From positions 1 to 58,623 of IMG/VR virus record IMGVR_UViG_3300005471_000003: a stretch of DNA of 58,623 nt. One strand, written 5' to 3'. Of the stretch, positions 46,878 through 54,950 are shown piece after piece. Position numbers and translations under genes: made by a program. The DNA comes from a virus. A model generated the notes under the pieces. It was not told the origin of the DNA and did not search any database. It was given only the letters and a program-made list of their open reading frames with translations. Numbering within the stretch: position 1 is the first letter of the stretch; each line of letters opens with the position of its first letter.

Positions 46878-47137
46878 ACCAGGCTGATTGCAACATACCC
46901 GATTACACCTGTCACGCCCGGCAAATTGAGCGTGAACCCGTTTGCGGTTAGAGCCGATGCGGTGAAGCTACCGAGCAAGCCATTGGGCGCTAGGATCACG
47001 ACGTAGGAGGCGCTGGGCATCGGCGTGGAGAAGGTTACGGCTTTGGTCAGGTCGGTGACTTGGACAGAAACGGTGCCAGCGCGAACTGTCACGCCGCCTG
47101 TGTCGCTGCTTGATAGAATGGAGCCGTGTGTTGCCAT
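46874..47137 (-). CDS. small fibre-associated/structural protein
   Basis: 87-aa ORF, Ser/Thr/Val-rich with a beta-like composition. Confidence 0.5.
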   Translation of the reverse strand: MATHGSILSSSDTGGVTVRAGTVSVQVTDLTKAVTFSTPMPSASYVVILAPNGLLGSFTASALTANGFTLNLPGVTGVIGYVAISLV

Positions 47138-47391
47138 TAGCCGGTGGTCATGGTTTCCAGAAGTTCAGAGCGGTGCTTGTCCAAATACCGAACGGCTTCC
47201 AGCAAACGGCCAACGCTGTGCCTAAACTTTCCAATTCCCAGATTGCAACTTCCGCACAACAGACCTCTAACCTCTCCGGTCTCTGCATCGTGATCGACTG
47301 CGAGTTTGCGCCCGCTGCTGCACGGAGCACAGAATTTGGCATTGGTAAGACGCTCAAAAACAGAGCCGCATCTTTGGCATGGAATTGTCAC
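47137..47391 (-). CDS. recombination endonuclease VII family protein
   Basis: CQRCG...CAPC...LAVDHDAETGEVRGLLCGSCNLGIGKF...YL, the Endo VII signature. Confidence 0.8.
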   Translation of the reverse strand: MTIPCQRCGSVFERLTNAKFCAPCSSGRKLAVDHDAETGEVRGLLCGSCNLGIGKFRHSVGRLLEAVRYLDKHRSELLETMTTG

Positions 47392-47397
47392 GCCTGA

Positions 47398-48042
47398 CTA
47401 TCCCAGAAGCCCAACCAATTTCAAATCGGAAATCAGGGCTGCCACCACCTGGGCCAGCTCATTGAGCGTTGTTGCGTTCGCATCATAGGTACGATCCGGC
47501 GTACTGTTCGTCACCGTATAAGCTGAGCTCTTTCCCGTAGCCGCGCTACCATTGAACCCAACGCCCGTTGCGTTGACCTGCATATTCGTCCACGTCCACG
47601 CAGTCGTGAAGTCCAGAGCTAACGTCCGGTCTGCAGACAGGTCGCCACCACCTGTAATCGGCGCAGTAGTGTTGATCGTCCTGCTCGAACTCACCTTCGC
47701 GGCAAATGTCGTGAAATCTGTGGCGCTTAAGTAGCCGTTCACCGCTCCTGTAGCGGCTGGGATAGACACTGCGTTAACGGCCCTGGACAACGGAGCATTG
47801 AACGTCAGAACGCTTTCCTTGGCTGAGAACGAAACGAAATCCGCCGCGCTCAAATACCCGTCAACAACAGCCGTTGCTTGCGGAATAGACAGCGTTCGAT
47901 CAGCGGACAAGTCCCCTCCACCAACCAATGGAGCCGTCGTGCTGATAAGTCGTGTCGAAGGCACCCCTCCCGCCGTGATGCCGAGTTTGTCCTGACACCG
48001 TGACAAGTTCCAAACAACCAATTGTCCACCGTCGAGGATCAC
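47398..48042 (-). CDS. tail fibre protein with GGGDLSADRTL / GYLSA.DF repeats
   Basis: TTAPLVGGGDLSADRTLSIPQATAVVDGYLSAADFVSFSAK and NTTAPITGGGDLSADRTLAL, NGYLSATDFTTFAAK. Confidence 0.65.
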   Translation of the reverse strand: MILDGGQLVVWNLSRCQDKLGITAGGVPSTRLISTTAPLVGGGDLSADRTLSIPQATAVVDGYLSAADFVSFSAKESVLTFNAPLSRAVNAVSIPAATGAVNGYLSATDFTTFAAKVSSSRTINTTAPITGGGDLSADRTLALDFTTAWTWTNMQVNATGVGFNGSAATGKSSAYTVTNSTPDRTYDANATTLNELAQVVAALISDLKLVGLLG

Positions 48043-48061
48043 AAGCCGACTTTATCCATCC

Positions 48062-48265
48062 TCACGCCTCGTCCGCAATCCCCTTTATCGCTATCAACAC
48101 AAGACACACCGGAATAATCGGATACCCGCTGAACACCCAAAACAATCCCACCACCACTCCAACCGCAACAATCGCCATGTATCCCAATTGCAGCCACTCC
48201 TTCCATGTCATCTGATGTTTCGGGCAGGTGTTCCAGATCAGTTTAGCTCTCGGTTCGATTTTCAT
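48062..48265 (-). CDS. small two-TM membrane protein (holin-like topology)
   Basis: LGYMAIVAVGVVVGLFWVF and YPIIPVCLVLIAIKGI. Confidence 0.5.
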   Translation of the reverse strand: MKIEPRAKLIWNTCPKHQMTWKEWLQLGYMAIVAVGVVVGLFWVFSGYPIIPVCLVLIAIKGIADEA

Positions 48266-48765
48266 AAAATCCCTTCGTCATCTCGTTGTCTCCTTACTTC
48301 TGCCTCGGCCAATTCCGCTTCAATGGTGTTCGCATGTTCCGTGTGCGTCTTGGCGTTCGCCCGATGCACCCTCGCCAAATCCTCCTGATTGTTCACAGGC
48401 ACCTTCGCCCGGTTCTCCCTGGCCCATCTAGCCTTCCTCGCCTTCTCAGCGACCTCCTGCGCCATCTTCCGGTAATACGCCCCATTCAACACCAACCACC
48501 CATCGTCCACCTTTTGAATCCGCCTCCCATCATGCGGCTGTGGTTCCAACCGCTTCTTGTCTGGACTGCTCAATACCTTCAACGCCTTGATGACTTCTTC
48601 CTCGGTCTTCCGACTCCATTTCGAGATGTTATACGCACTCCCCCTGACCACATGATCCGCGTCCTTCTTCGCCAGCATCGTCAAGAACACCTTAACCACG
48701 TAGTCCGGTTCATCCCACAATGACGAGTCCACTATCCTCTGAAACAAGGGGGCGAAGGTGTCCAT
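48262..48765 (-). CDS. conserved phage protein, probable winged-helix DNA-binding fold
   Basis: MDTFAPLFQRIVDSSLWDEPDYVVKVFLTMLAKKDADHVVRGS... is recalled as a common prophage family. Function unproven. Track start is GTG 48771. Confidence 0.5.
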   Translation of the reverse strand: MDTFAPLFQRIVDSSLWDEPDYVVKVFLTMLAKKDADHVVRGSAYNISKWSRKTEEEVIKALKVLSSPDKKRLEPQPHDGRRIQKVDDGWLVLNGAYYRKMAQEVAEKARKARWARENRAKVPVNNQEDLARVHRANAKTHTEHANTIEAELAEAEVRRQRDDEGIL

Positions 48766-48780
48766 CCACACACTAAATCA

Positions 48781-48830
48781 CCATAGACGCTTGTTGTCAA
48801 GTGTAGCGTGTGTAGCGAAACCGTAGACGC
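48781..48830. repeat. cluster of GTAG(A)CG short repeats upstream of 48765
   Basis: ccatagacgc (48781-48790), gtgtagcg x2 in tandem (48801-48816), ccgtagacgc (48821-48830). Confidence 0.6.
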
Positions 48831-49100
48831 ATACAAATACAATATAAGGGATGGGTGAGTTCAAGAGCGTGTTCCGTGTGGAACTTGTCACGCTTGATTG
48901 TATGACCAGTGAGGTGGTGTTTCGTTATGAAAACCGTGTTCCAACAAAGAACCCCCCTTATTATGCCGCGTACTCATGCGAATCCCCCTCCCGGTGGCAC
49001 CCAACCCCACGGGTCTGGAAAGAAAGAGATTCCTTGAAGATTTTTCGTCTCTGAACCGACTCTATGGACGGCCAAACTATCCCGTCGGTATTTCCTGAGA

Positions 49101-49451
49101 TCAGGTTTGGTCCGGTGGTTCAGGTGCTTGAGGTTTAGGAGGAGAATAGAGGCCGGACTGGCGGGATTGGGAGCGTTGTGGCTTGGCTGAAGGGCGTAGA
49201 GAGCCAGGTAGAGGGCGACCCCGAGCGATCCTGATACGATCACAGGCTGCCTCCCATCCTTTAACGAGAGAGGTTGCAGCAACAGCAATGCTACAGCGGA
49301 CCTTAACGTCTTCTGGGGGTTCAACGGCAAGGAGAGCAAGGGCTTGAGTGGCTAAGGCGTCACGGAGCAAGTACGCTTGGGTGAGGCCGCGAGAGTTGCC
49401 CACACGGCGGTCGATTGGTACGGTTGATTGGACTGGTTGACTCATGGGCAT
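49101..49451 (-). CDS. hypothetical protein
   Basis: Start at MPMSQPV (49451 or 49445) inside track ORF 49101..49487. Confidence 0.4.
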   Translation of the reverse strand: MPMSQPVQSTVPIDRRVGNSRGLTQAYLLRDALATQALALLAVEPPEDVKVRCSIAVAATSLVKGWEAACDRIRIARGRPLPGSLRPSAKPQRSQSRQSGLYSPPKPQAPEPPDQT

Positions 49452-49537
49452 GGGTGAATACGCCCGAAGTAATGGACTAGCAAGCAAAGAAAAGGCCCGC
49501 GCTGAGGTTATCAGGCGGGCTGTGTGGGTTGAGTTGG

Positions 49538-49702
49538 TTAGCGGTTAAAGCGGTCGATGATACAGGCGATGGCGGAGAGGGAGAGGATGATTAGGAGAGC
49601 GAACAGCCAAGCGGCGAGGAGTTGGGCAGGCGAGCCGGTGATGTGGACAATTTCGAGGAGGATGACGAGGGCAATGGTTACGATGGTAGCGAGAGCGTTC
49701 AT
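49538..49702 (-). CDS. small two-TM membrane protein
   Basis: 54 aa: MNALATIVTIALVILLEIVHITGSPAQLLAAWLFALLIILSLSAIACIIDRFNR. ATGA overlap with the upstream ORF. Below the track cut-off. Confidence 0.4.
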   Translation of the reverse strand: MNALATIVTIALVILLEIVHITGSPAQLLAAWLFALLIILSLSAIACIIDRFNR

Positions 49703-49896
49703 AGGGAGGCTTTGGAGATAGCGGTGAGCAGATCATCCAACCATGCTGGTTCCTGGGAGGTACCGGCAGTATCGCGTGTGGCTGCGGCAATGGTTTTGCA
49801 AACGACCAGCAAATCAGGCGCAGCGGCAATGAGTTTAGCGTGGGCCAGTGATTGATCTTTGGAGAAAGACACGCCGAGTTTGATTGGGTCAATCAT
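49699..49896 (-). CDS. hypothetical small protein
   Basis: 65-aa ORF, coupled to its neighbours. Confidence 0.45.
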   Translation of the reverse strand: MIDPIKLGVSFSKDQSLAHAKLIAAAPDLLVVCKTIAAATRDTAGTSQEPAWLDDLLTAISKASL

Positions 49897-50150
49897 ACGC
49901 CACCAGCCTTTGCGGTTTGCTTGTAAACACGCGCAACTTCACCCGTGGCTAACCTTGCGACACCGAGGAGTTTAGTCGGTGGTGCGAAGCCAGGCATCGG
50001 TTGAAATGCCGGCCCGAGCCTGGATTTGATTTCATCGAGAGTGGTTTTCTCGCACCCAGCGCGTTGTCCAGCCCCGTCGAACCATTGAATTGATACGTTC
50101 ATATTGAATAACCCGCCGTTGCCACCGCAATGTGGGCATTTAGATTTCAC
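49893..50150 (-). CDS. hypothetical small protein with a CPHCGG motif
   Basis: GTG 50150 overlaps the upstream stop (GTGA), in the frame of track ORF 49893..50180. Confidence 0.4.
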   Translation of the reverse strand: MKSKCPHCGGNGGLFNMNVSIQWFDGAGQRAGCEKTTLDEIKSRLGPAFQPMPGFAPPTKLLGVARLATGEVARVYKQTAKAGGV

Positions 50151-50395
50151 AGGGCGGCGGTCCAGTTGTCCTGCACCCACTGGTCGATCTCGTCGATCAC
50201 GGTGGAGTCCGGCCCGGTTGTGGGAGTCGGTGCACCGATTTCCTCAGTCCTGCGGACGGTGATGTCTGGGAATTGAGTCTCGATCATTTTCTGGATTCCG
50301 TCCGCGATTTTGACGGCCTGCTCGCGGGTGCAGTCCGAGCCGTAGTTGGATTCATCGTTCCCCACACAGACCGTGTATTCGTTGTAGTTCGTCAT
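50147..50395 (-). CDS. hypothetical acidic protein (first gene of the leftward unit)
   Basis: 82-aa ORF. Confidence 0.5.
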   Translation of the reverse strand: MTNYNEYTVCVGNDESNYGSDCTREQAVKIADGIQKMIETQFPDITVRRTEEIGAPTPTTGPDSTVIDEIDQWVQDNWTAAL

Positions 50396-50530
50396 TTGTT
50401 TTTTCAGTTTCCGGACTGATACGCAAATTCCGTGGCCGCTTTCATCAGCGATGCCTCGGCAGCCATGAGGTTTTCGCGGTCATCCGGGCGGTTTGTTCCC
50501 AAGGCTTCATTGCCCTGGTGCGCTCAAGAT

Positions 50531-50546
50531 AACCTAGCGTTCGGTT
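50531..50546. promoter_or_regulatory. operator-like box 1 (AACCTAGCGTTCGGTT)
   Basis: One of three copies of AACC(G/T)AGCGTTCG(G/C)T with partial dyad symmetry, in the divergent control region. Confidence 0.45.
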
Positions 50547-50583
50547 ATTGCAAATCCTTTTTGAAAGTATTTTCGTTGCCTGC

Positions 50584-50599
50584 AACCGAGCGTTCGCTT
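50584..50599. promoter_or_regulatory. operator-like box 2 (AACCGAGCGTTCGCTT)
   Basis: Second copy. Preceded by gaaagtattttcgttgcctgc, which resembles the sequence before box 3. Confidence 0.45.
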
Positions 50600-50612
50600 A
50601 TAGTGCGCGGTG

Positions 50613-50750
50613 ATGAAACGCAAGAATCCCGCTGCTGTCGCTCTCGGCAAGATCAAGAGCGAAGCCAAGACCCGCGCGGCCCAGGCTAACGGCAAACTCG
50701 GCGGTCGCCCAAAAGGAACACGCAACCGCAAGCTCGCAATCGCCGCCTGA
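50613..50750 (+). CDS. small basic protein flanked by the operator-like boxes
   Basis: 45 aa: MKRKNPAAVALGKIKSEAKTRAAQANGKLGGRPKGTRNRKLAIAA. Below the track cut-off. Confidence 0.4.
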   Translation: MKRKNPAAVALGKIKSEAKTRAAQANGKLGGRPKGTRNRKLAIAA

Positions 50751-50777
50751 AAATACTTTGCGATTTCTGTTGCAGAT

Positions 50778-50793
50778 AACCGAGCGTTCGGTA
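50778..50793. promoter_or_regulatory. operator-like box 3 (AACCGAGCGTTCGGTA)
   Basis: Third copy, preceded by gaaaatactttgcgatttctgttgcag. Confidence 0.45.
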
Positions 50794-50919
50794 TCTTCAT
50801 ATCAGGTATAAAACATGCGCTGGAACCGATCAACCTTTGCCTTCCCCGCCGCCAATTCGCTTTGGCTCGGGCGCATATATCCCGTTACCAGGCGGGGGAG
50901 GCACTAATTCAGTAATTCT

Positions 50920-51060
50920 ATGAACCCCCTCCCCGGAACCGACACGCTGCCTCCCGGCGTTCTACCATCCGACTTGGACCGTGAGGAACGCGACGACGAC
51001 ACGTATTGGGAATCACTTTGGAACCATGCTGAACGATACGCAGAGGAGAATGAGCGATGA
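50920..51060 (+). CDS. small acidic protein
   Basis: 46 aa: MNPLPGTDTLPPGVLPSDLDREERDDDTYWESLWNHAERYAEENER. GGGGGAGG lies about 19 nt upstream. ATGA overlap with the next gene. Confidence 0.35.
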   Translation: MNPLPGTDTLPPGVLPSDLDREERDDDTYWESLWNHAERYAEENER

Positions 51061-51302
51061 AACCCATCACTTACATTGAACGGCTCGGCATCCTGCGGGC
51101 GCAAGAGGCCGTTAAGCGAATCGTCTCGGAATGCCCGGACTGTCTCACCGGGCCGGCGCTTGTCGCCGCTTTGTGTGCGTTGCTTCAGTCCGAGAATGAC
51201 CATGCCAACCTGGGCGCTGTTGGGATTGCGGGGGCTGCCCTGGCCATGCTCGTCGAGCATGAGCGGGAACAGCGTAACGGCGAAAGGACTGTTGTCGCAT
51301 GA
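51057..51302 (+). CDS. hypothetical protein
   Basis: 81-aa ORF. Confidence 0.5.
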   Translation: MKPITYIERLGILRAQEAVKRIVSECPDCLTGPALVAALCALLQSENDHANLGAVGIAGAALAMLVEHEREQRNGERTVVA

Positions 51303-51472
51303 CCACCACCGAATATGACGCCCTGCTGGATCGCGAGAACGCGCTGTGGAAAGAGCTGCTCGCCTTGGAACGCGCGGTCAAAGCGAAGGATGCCGAGTGG
51401 GAGGCTGCGGCTGAGGCCATCCACACGGAGAACAAACTACGGGAGAACACAGAACGGAGTGTCAGCGTATGA
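51299..51472 (+). CDS. hypothetical small coiled-coil protein
   Basis: 57 aa: MTTTEYDALLDRENALWKELLALERAV... ATGA overlaps at both ends. Confidence 0.4.
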   Translation: MTTTEYDALLDRENALWKELLALERAVKAKDAEWEAAAEAIHTENKLRENTERSVSV

Positions 51473-51819
51473 AACACAGTGAAAAGCAGATTGGAATTGG
51501 AATTGAAACTGAAACGCTCTCTGATGGCAGCAAGGTTTACAACCTGATTATCGGCGGCGAATCATTCCCGTGTCTTTCAGAGAAACACGCGCTTGAAGCA
51601 TACGAAACAATCTCCAATGCACTGGAAGACGTAGCGTTGCTGCTGACTGAGCGGGATTGTTTGACTGAGAGACTAAGACAGACGCCGACGGTCAGAGAGA
51701 TCGTAGGTGAGTTGCGCGAGATTGCCGATTGCCTGAACGATCACAGAAACCATAGCCGCCGCAATCTCGGACGGGAACACTTGAACGCATTGCTGAGACG
51801 GTTGGATGTCGAAAGTTGA
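51469..51819 (+). CDS. hypothetical protein
   Basis: 116-aa ORF. Confidence 0.5.
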   Translation: MKHSEKQIGIGIETETLSDGSKVYNLIIGGESFPCLSEKHALEAYETISNALEDVALLLTERDCLTERLRQTPTVREIVGELREIADCLNDHRNHSRRNLGREHLNALLRRLDVES

Positions 51820-51938
51820 TATGACCGCGATTCATAAAGGTCATCCATACACCGAAGAAAATACACGCATCACCTATGGTCGGAGGCGTTGTCGGCTTTG
51901 CATCAGAACGGCCAGAAAACTCTATAGGGCAAGTAAAC

Positions 51939-54107
51939 ATGAATGACACAATAGACGTTCACACTGAAGCCGTAACGGTCAGGTCTCAGAACTTTGCAGT
52001 AAGCGAAGCGTTGGGAGTCGATCAGATACTTGCTCAGGTAAGGCTTATTCAGAACGTAATGAGCAAAGTGATGGTTGAGAATGAACACTATGGGCGTATT
52101 CCCGGGTGCGGCGAGAAGAAAACCCTTCTCCAACCGGGTGCTCAAAAGCTGACGATGACATTCCGGTTGGCCCCCGAGTATCAGATTCAGGAATCGAACC
52201 TCGAACGAGGTCACAAAGAATACCGAGTGATTTGCACGCTCAAGAGCATTCAGAGCGGATCATTCGTTGGGCAAGGTGTCGGATGCTGTTCGACCCTCGA
52301 AAGCAAGTATCGGTGGCGTTCTGCCAATCGTAGATGTCCGAAGTGCGGCAAGGAAACGATTATCAAAGGAAAGGCTGAATACGGCGGTGGCTGGCTTTGC
52401 TTCGGCAAGAAAGGCGGATGTGGTTTTAAGTGGCCTGATGGCGCGGTTGAGATCGAAAGCCAATCAGAAGCGAAGGTCGAGAACGACAACCCGGCGGACC
52501 ATTTCAACTGCGTTACGCCAGACACAAGGGTTCTGACTCACGACTTACAGTGGGTTCCCGCTGGCGAGATTGAATCAGGCGACATGCTTATAGGTATCGA
52601 AGAAAACGCCAGCGATCCTTTTGGACGACACATGGCTATCGGCGAGGCCACTGTCCACGGAAGGAAGATAGATCAGTTGTATGAAGTGGCATTTGAAGAT
52701 GGAAGAATAGTTCGATGTAACGGCGAACATCGGTGGCTCGTAAAAAAAGTCGGACTGAAAGGGTCAGAGTGGGTTTCCACTGAGGATATTCATAAAGAGA
52801 TTGCAGAGCGGCAAGGGCGTCCGCGTCACTGGTCGGTTATGAGCCTGTGTCAGCCGTGGCAAGAAGATGCAAGCAAAGAGGCTGGCTATGTTGCTGGTTT
52901 ATTGGATGCAGACGGCAGTTTGGGAACAACTCAGATAGTTGTCATGTTTGCTCAACAGGAAAACATCGTCTTAAGCAGGATTGAAACTTTTTTTAGGGAG
53001 CGCGGGTTCGCAACCGGCAAGGACGTGGTTAAGGGCGACGCTGCTTTAGAGAAGTGCTTCTCTAAGAAACATGTTTTCCAACTGAGGATTCGCGGAGGAT
53101 TGGCGGAACAGATTAGAGCACTTGGCAGCATTCGCCCGCCGCGCCTATTGGAGCGATGGCTAACATTGATTGACATATCAAAACGAAGGTTGGAAGCACG
53201 ATATTGCCCAACTGCCGCCCCTGTGCGTATCGCCTCGGTAACTGACATTGGAGAAGGCGAGATTGTATTGCTCGGAACATCTTGCCTTACATATTTTGCG
53301 GAGGGCTTCGCGTGCCACAACACGGTCCTGAAGATGGCGAAGAAACGGGCTTTCGTTGACGCCACAATCACAGCTACAGCGGCAAGCGACATATTCACCC
53401 AGGACATTGCTGATGATGAAACCGATGTCCAAGAAGATCATCCGGATACCCCAAAGCAGACAGGCACCGCGAAGCGCGACGGCGCGGCCACAACCACGCC
53501 GTCCGCATTGCCAGAACCAACCGAAGCGCAACGCTGGAAATGGGTCTCGTTGCTAAAACCACTTGGCCAGTATGCACTTGACTACTGCTATGAGCGTGGA
53601 TGGCTTCAACCACCGAGCGAAAACGACCCAGGCGAACTTATCGAGGCGTTACCGTTAACATGCGTGCCGAAGACCAAGCGGAACGCAGACGCGATTCTGG
53701 CTGAGATTCAAAGGCGCATGGATGGCGACGTTGGACCGTCAGAAGATGCTTCTGGAAAGTTACTTGCGAGTAAAACTCAAGGAATAGACGTTTCCCGCCA
53801 TCCGAGCGGAGACCAAAAGTCGCTAGAATCGAATCGTGGAGAGGAATTAGGCCATCCTGATGCAAGCCTTGAGTCAGAGCCAGAAATTGTCGGGACGCTG
53901 GAGCAGGTGTCCGAAAAGTCAGGAACATCAAAGAAGGGCAAGTGGACGCTTTACGGCGTTCGCGTTGGGCAGGATTTCTGGGCCAATACCTTTGACCGGA
54001 CCACGGGCGAACTGGCTAAGAAGCTCAAGGGCGAGATGGTCCGCGTCAGCTACCGGGAAGGAGAGCGAGGCAATGAACTTTTAGCGTTAGAGAAATTGAA
54101 GGACTGA
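51939..54107 (+). CDS. putative recombination/single-strand-annealing protein precursor with a zinc ribbon, interrupted by an intein
   Basis: HYGRIPGCGEKKTLLQPGAQKLTMTF and NTVLKMAKKRAFVDATITATAASDIFTQD are reminiscent of RecT-like recombinases (tentative). CPKCG...CFGKKGGCGFKW. Adjacent to a DEDD exonuclease. Start at ATG 51939 inside the track ORF. Confidence 0.55.
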   Translation: MNDTIDVHTEAVTVRSQNFAVSEALGVDQILAQVRLIQNVMSKVMVENEHYGRIPGCGEKKTLLQPGAQKLTMTFRLAPEYQIQESNLERGHKEYRVICTLKSIQSGSFVGQGVGCCSTLESKYRWRSANRRCPKCGKETIIKGKAEYGGGWLCFGKKGGCGFKWPDGAVEIESQSEAKVENDNPADHFNCVTPDTRVLTHDLQWVPAGEIESGDMLIGIEENASDPFGRHMAIGEATVHGRKIDQLYEVAFEDGRIVRCNGEHRWLVKKVGLKGSEWVSTEDIHKEIAERQGRPRHWSVMSLCQPWQEDASKEAGYVAGLLDADGSLGTTQIVVMFAQQENIVLSRIETFFRERGFATGKDVVKGDAALEKCFSKKHVFQLRIRGGLAEQIRALGSIRPPRLLERWLTLIDISKRRLEARYCPTAAPVRIASVTDIGEGEIVLLGTSCLTYFAEGFACHNTVLKMAKKRAFVDATITATAASDIFTQDIADDETDVQEDHPDTPKQTGTAKRDGAATTTPSALPEPTEAQRWKWVSLLKPLGQYALDYCYERGWLQPPSENDPGELIEALPLTCVPKTKRNADAILAEIQRRMDGDVGPSEDASGKLLASKTQGIDVSRHPSGDQKSLESNRGEELGHPDASLESEPEIVGTLEQVSEKSGTSKKGKWTLYGVRVGQDFWANTFDRTTGELAKKLKGEMVRVSYREGERGNELLALEKLKD
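52509..53321 (+). mobile_element. intein (271 codons) with a LAGLIDADG-type endonuclease motif
   Basis: Starts CVTPDTRVL, block B RCNGEHRWL, LAGLIDADG motif YVAGLLDADGSL. Ends FAEGFACHN, followed by Thr+1. Confidence 0.85.
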
Positions 54108-54295
54108 AAGGACAAAATGAAAGTAGAAACATACGAATGCGAAGAACTGAAAAGTTCTGAAGCGGAGTTGCCCGCATCTTTTCTATCCGAACACGATGCA
54201 CGCTTGCAAAATACGCGAGTTCAGAAACGAGCAAGACATCCGCTGTCGCATGGAGCTTTGCCCGTTTTTAGAGGCGCAATGTCCGACAGAAAACC

Positions 54296-54769
54296 GTGAA
54301 AGACGCTAGTTGCATTTGCTGGAAAGAGCCAGGAACACATAGTTGTCCAGTATGCTCTCACTTAAATAATAATCGTCTGTTGAAAAGAAAGCGTTTAACC
54401 CAATGCCCGCATTGCGGATCAAAGCGATATACATGGGTACAAAAAAGGAGTGAAATAAATCGGAAAGCGTCTTGCTTAGTTTGCGGTAGAATCTTTGGAA
54501 AACGAGATTTTCGCCGTACAGATTCAAAATGGGTTGGAATCATTTTAGATAGTAATGATAAAGTAATCTGGGTAGGTCGTCCGTCGTGTGATGAACAATC
54601 ATGCCGCAAACGAACTTCAAAACGAGGCGAGGACATAGCCCAACGAACTCTCCGAGCAACGTTCTATTTGGTCGTACCATCGGAATGTCGTGTGATGTAT
54701 CTAGCCAAGATGAAAGCGAATCAAAATGACCAAAGAATATTTAGGCGACAGCGTTTACGTCGAGGTTGA
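54296..54769 (+). CDS. multi-CxxC zinc-ribbon protein in an AT-rich island
   Basis: CICW...CPVCSH, CPHCGSKRY, CLVCGRIF. The region looks AT-richer by eye than its flanks. Confidence 0.45.
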   Translation: MKDASCICWKEPGTHSCPVCSHLNNNRLLKRKRLTQCPHCGSKRYTWVQKRSEINRKASCLVCGRIFGKRDFRRTDSKWVGIILDSNDKVIWVGRPSCDEQSCRKRTSKRGEDIAQRTLRATFYLVVPSECRVMYLAKMKANQNDQRIFRRQRLRRG

Positions 54770-54950
54770 GCACGGCATGTTCAAGCTCACGACCGAGAAC
54801 GGCTATGGAGCAACGAATACGATTTGCTTGGAGCCTGCGGTTTATGATGCGCTCGTGGCCTACGCAAATCGGGCCTTCGAGTTCTACAAAGCTCAACGAG
54901 CGATGCCGCAAGCCGAATACAACGTGGAATCAACCGAGCCACCAGCATGA
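54726..54950 (+). CDS. hypothetical protein
   Basis: 74-aa ORF. Confidence 0.5.
   Translation: MTKEYLGDSVYVEVEHGMFKLTTENGYGATNTICLEPAVYDALVAYANRAFEFYKAQRAMPQAEYNVESTEPPA

Noticed and set aside
48851-49054. 67-aa plus-strand ORF in the gap upstream of the wHTH-like gene
   Set aside because: It is oriented against both neighbours, has no motif, and overlaps the likely promoter and repeat region, so it cannot be supported.
54117-54299. 60-aa plus-strand ORF immediately after the recombinase gene
   Set aside because: There is no motif and the composition is odd. It may be real, but the evidence is too weak to list it as a feature.
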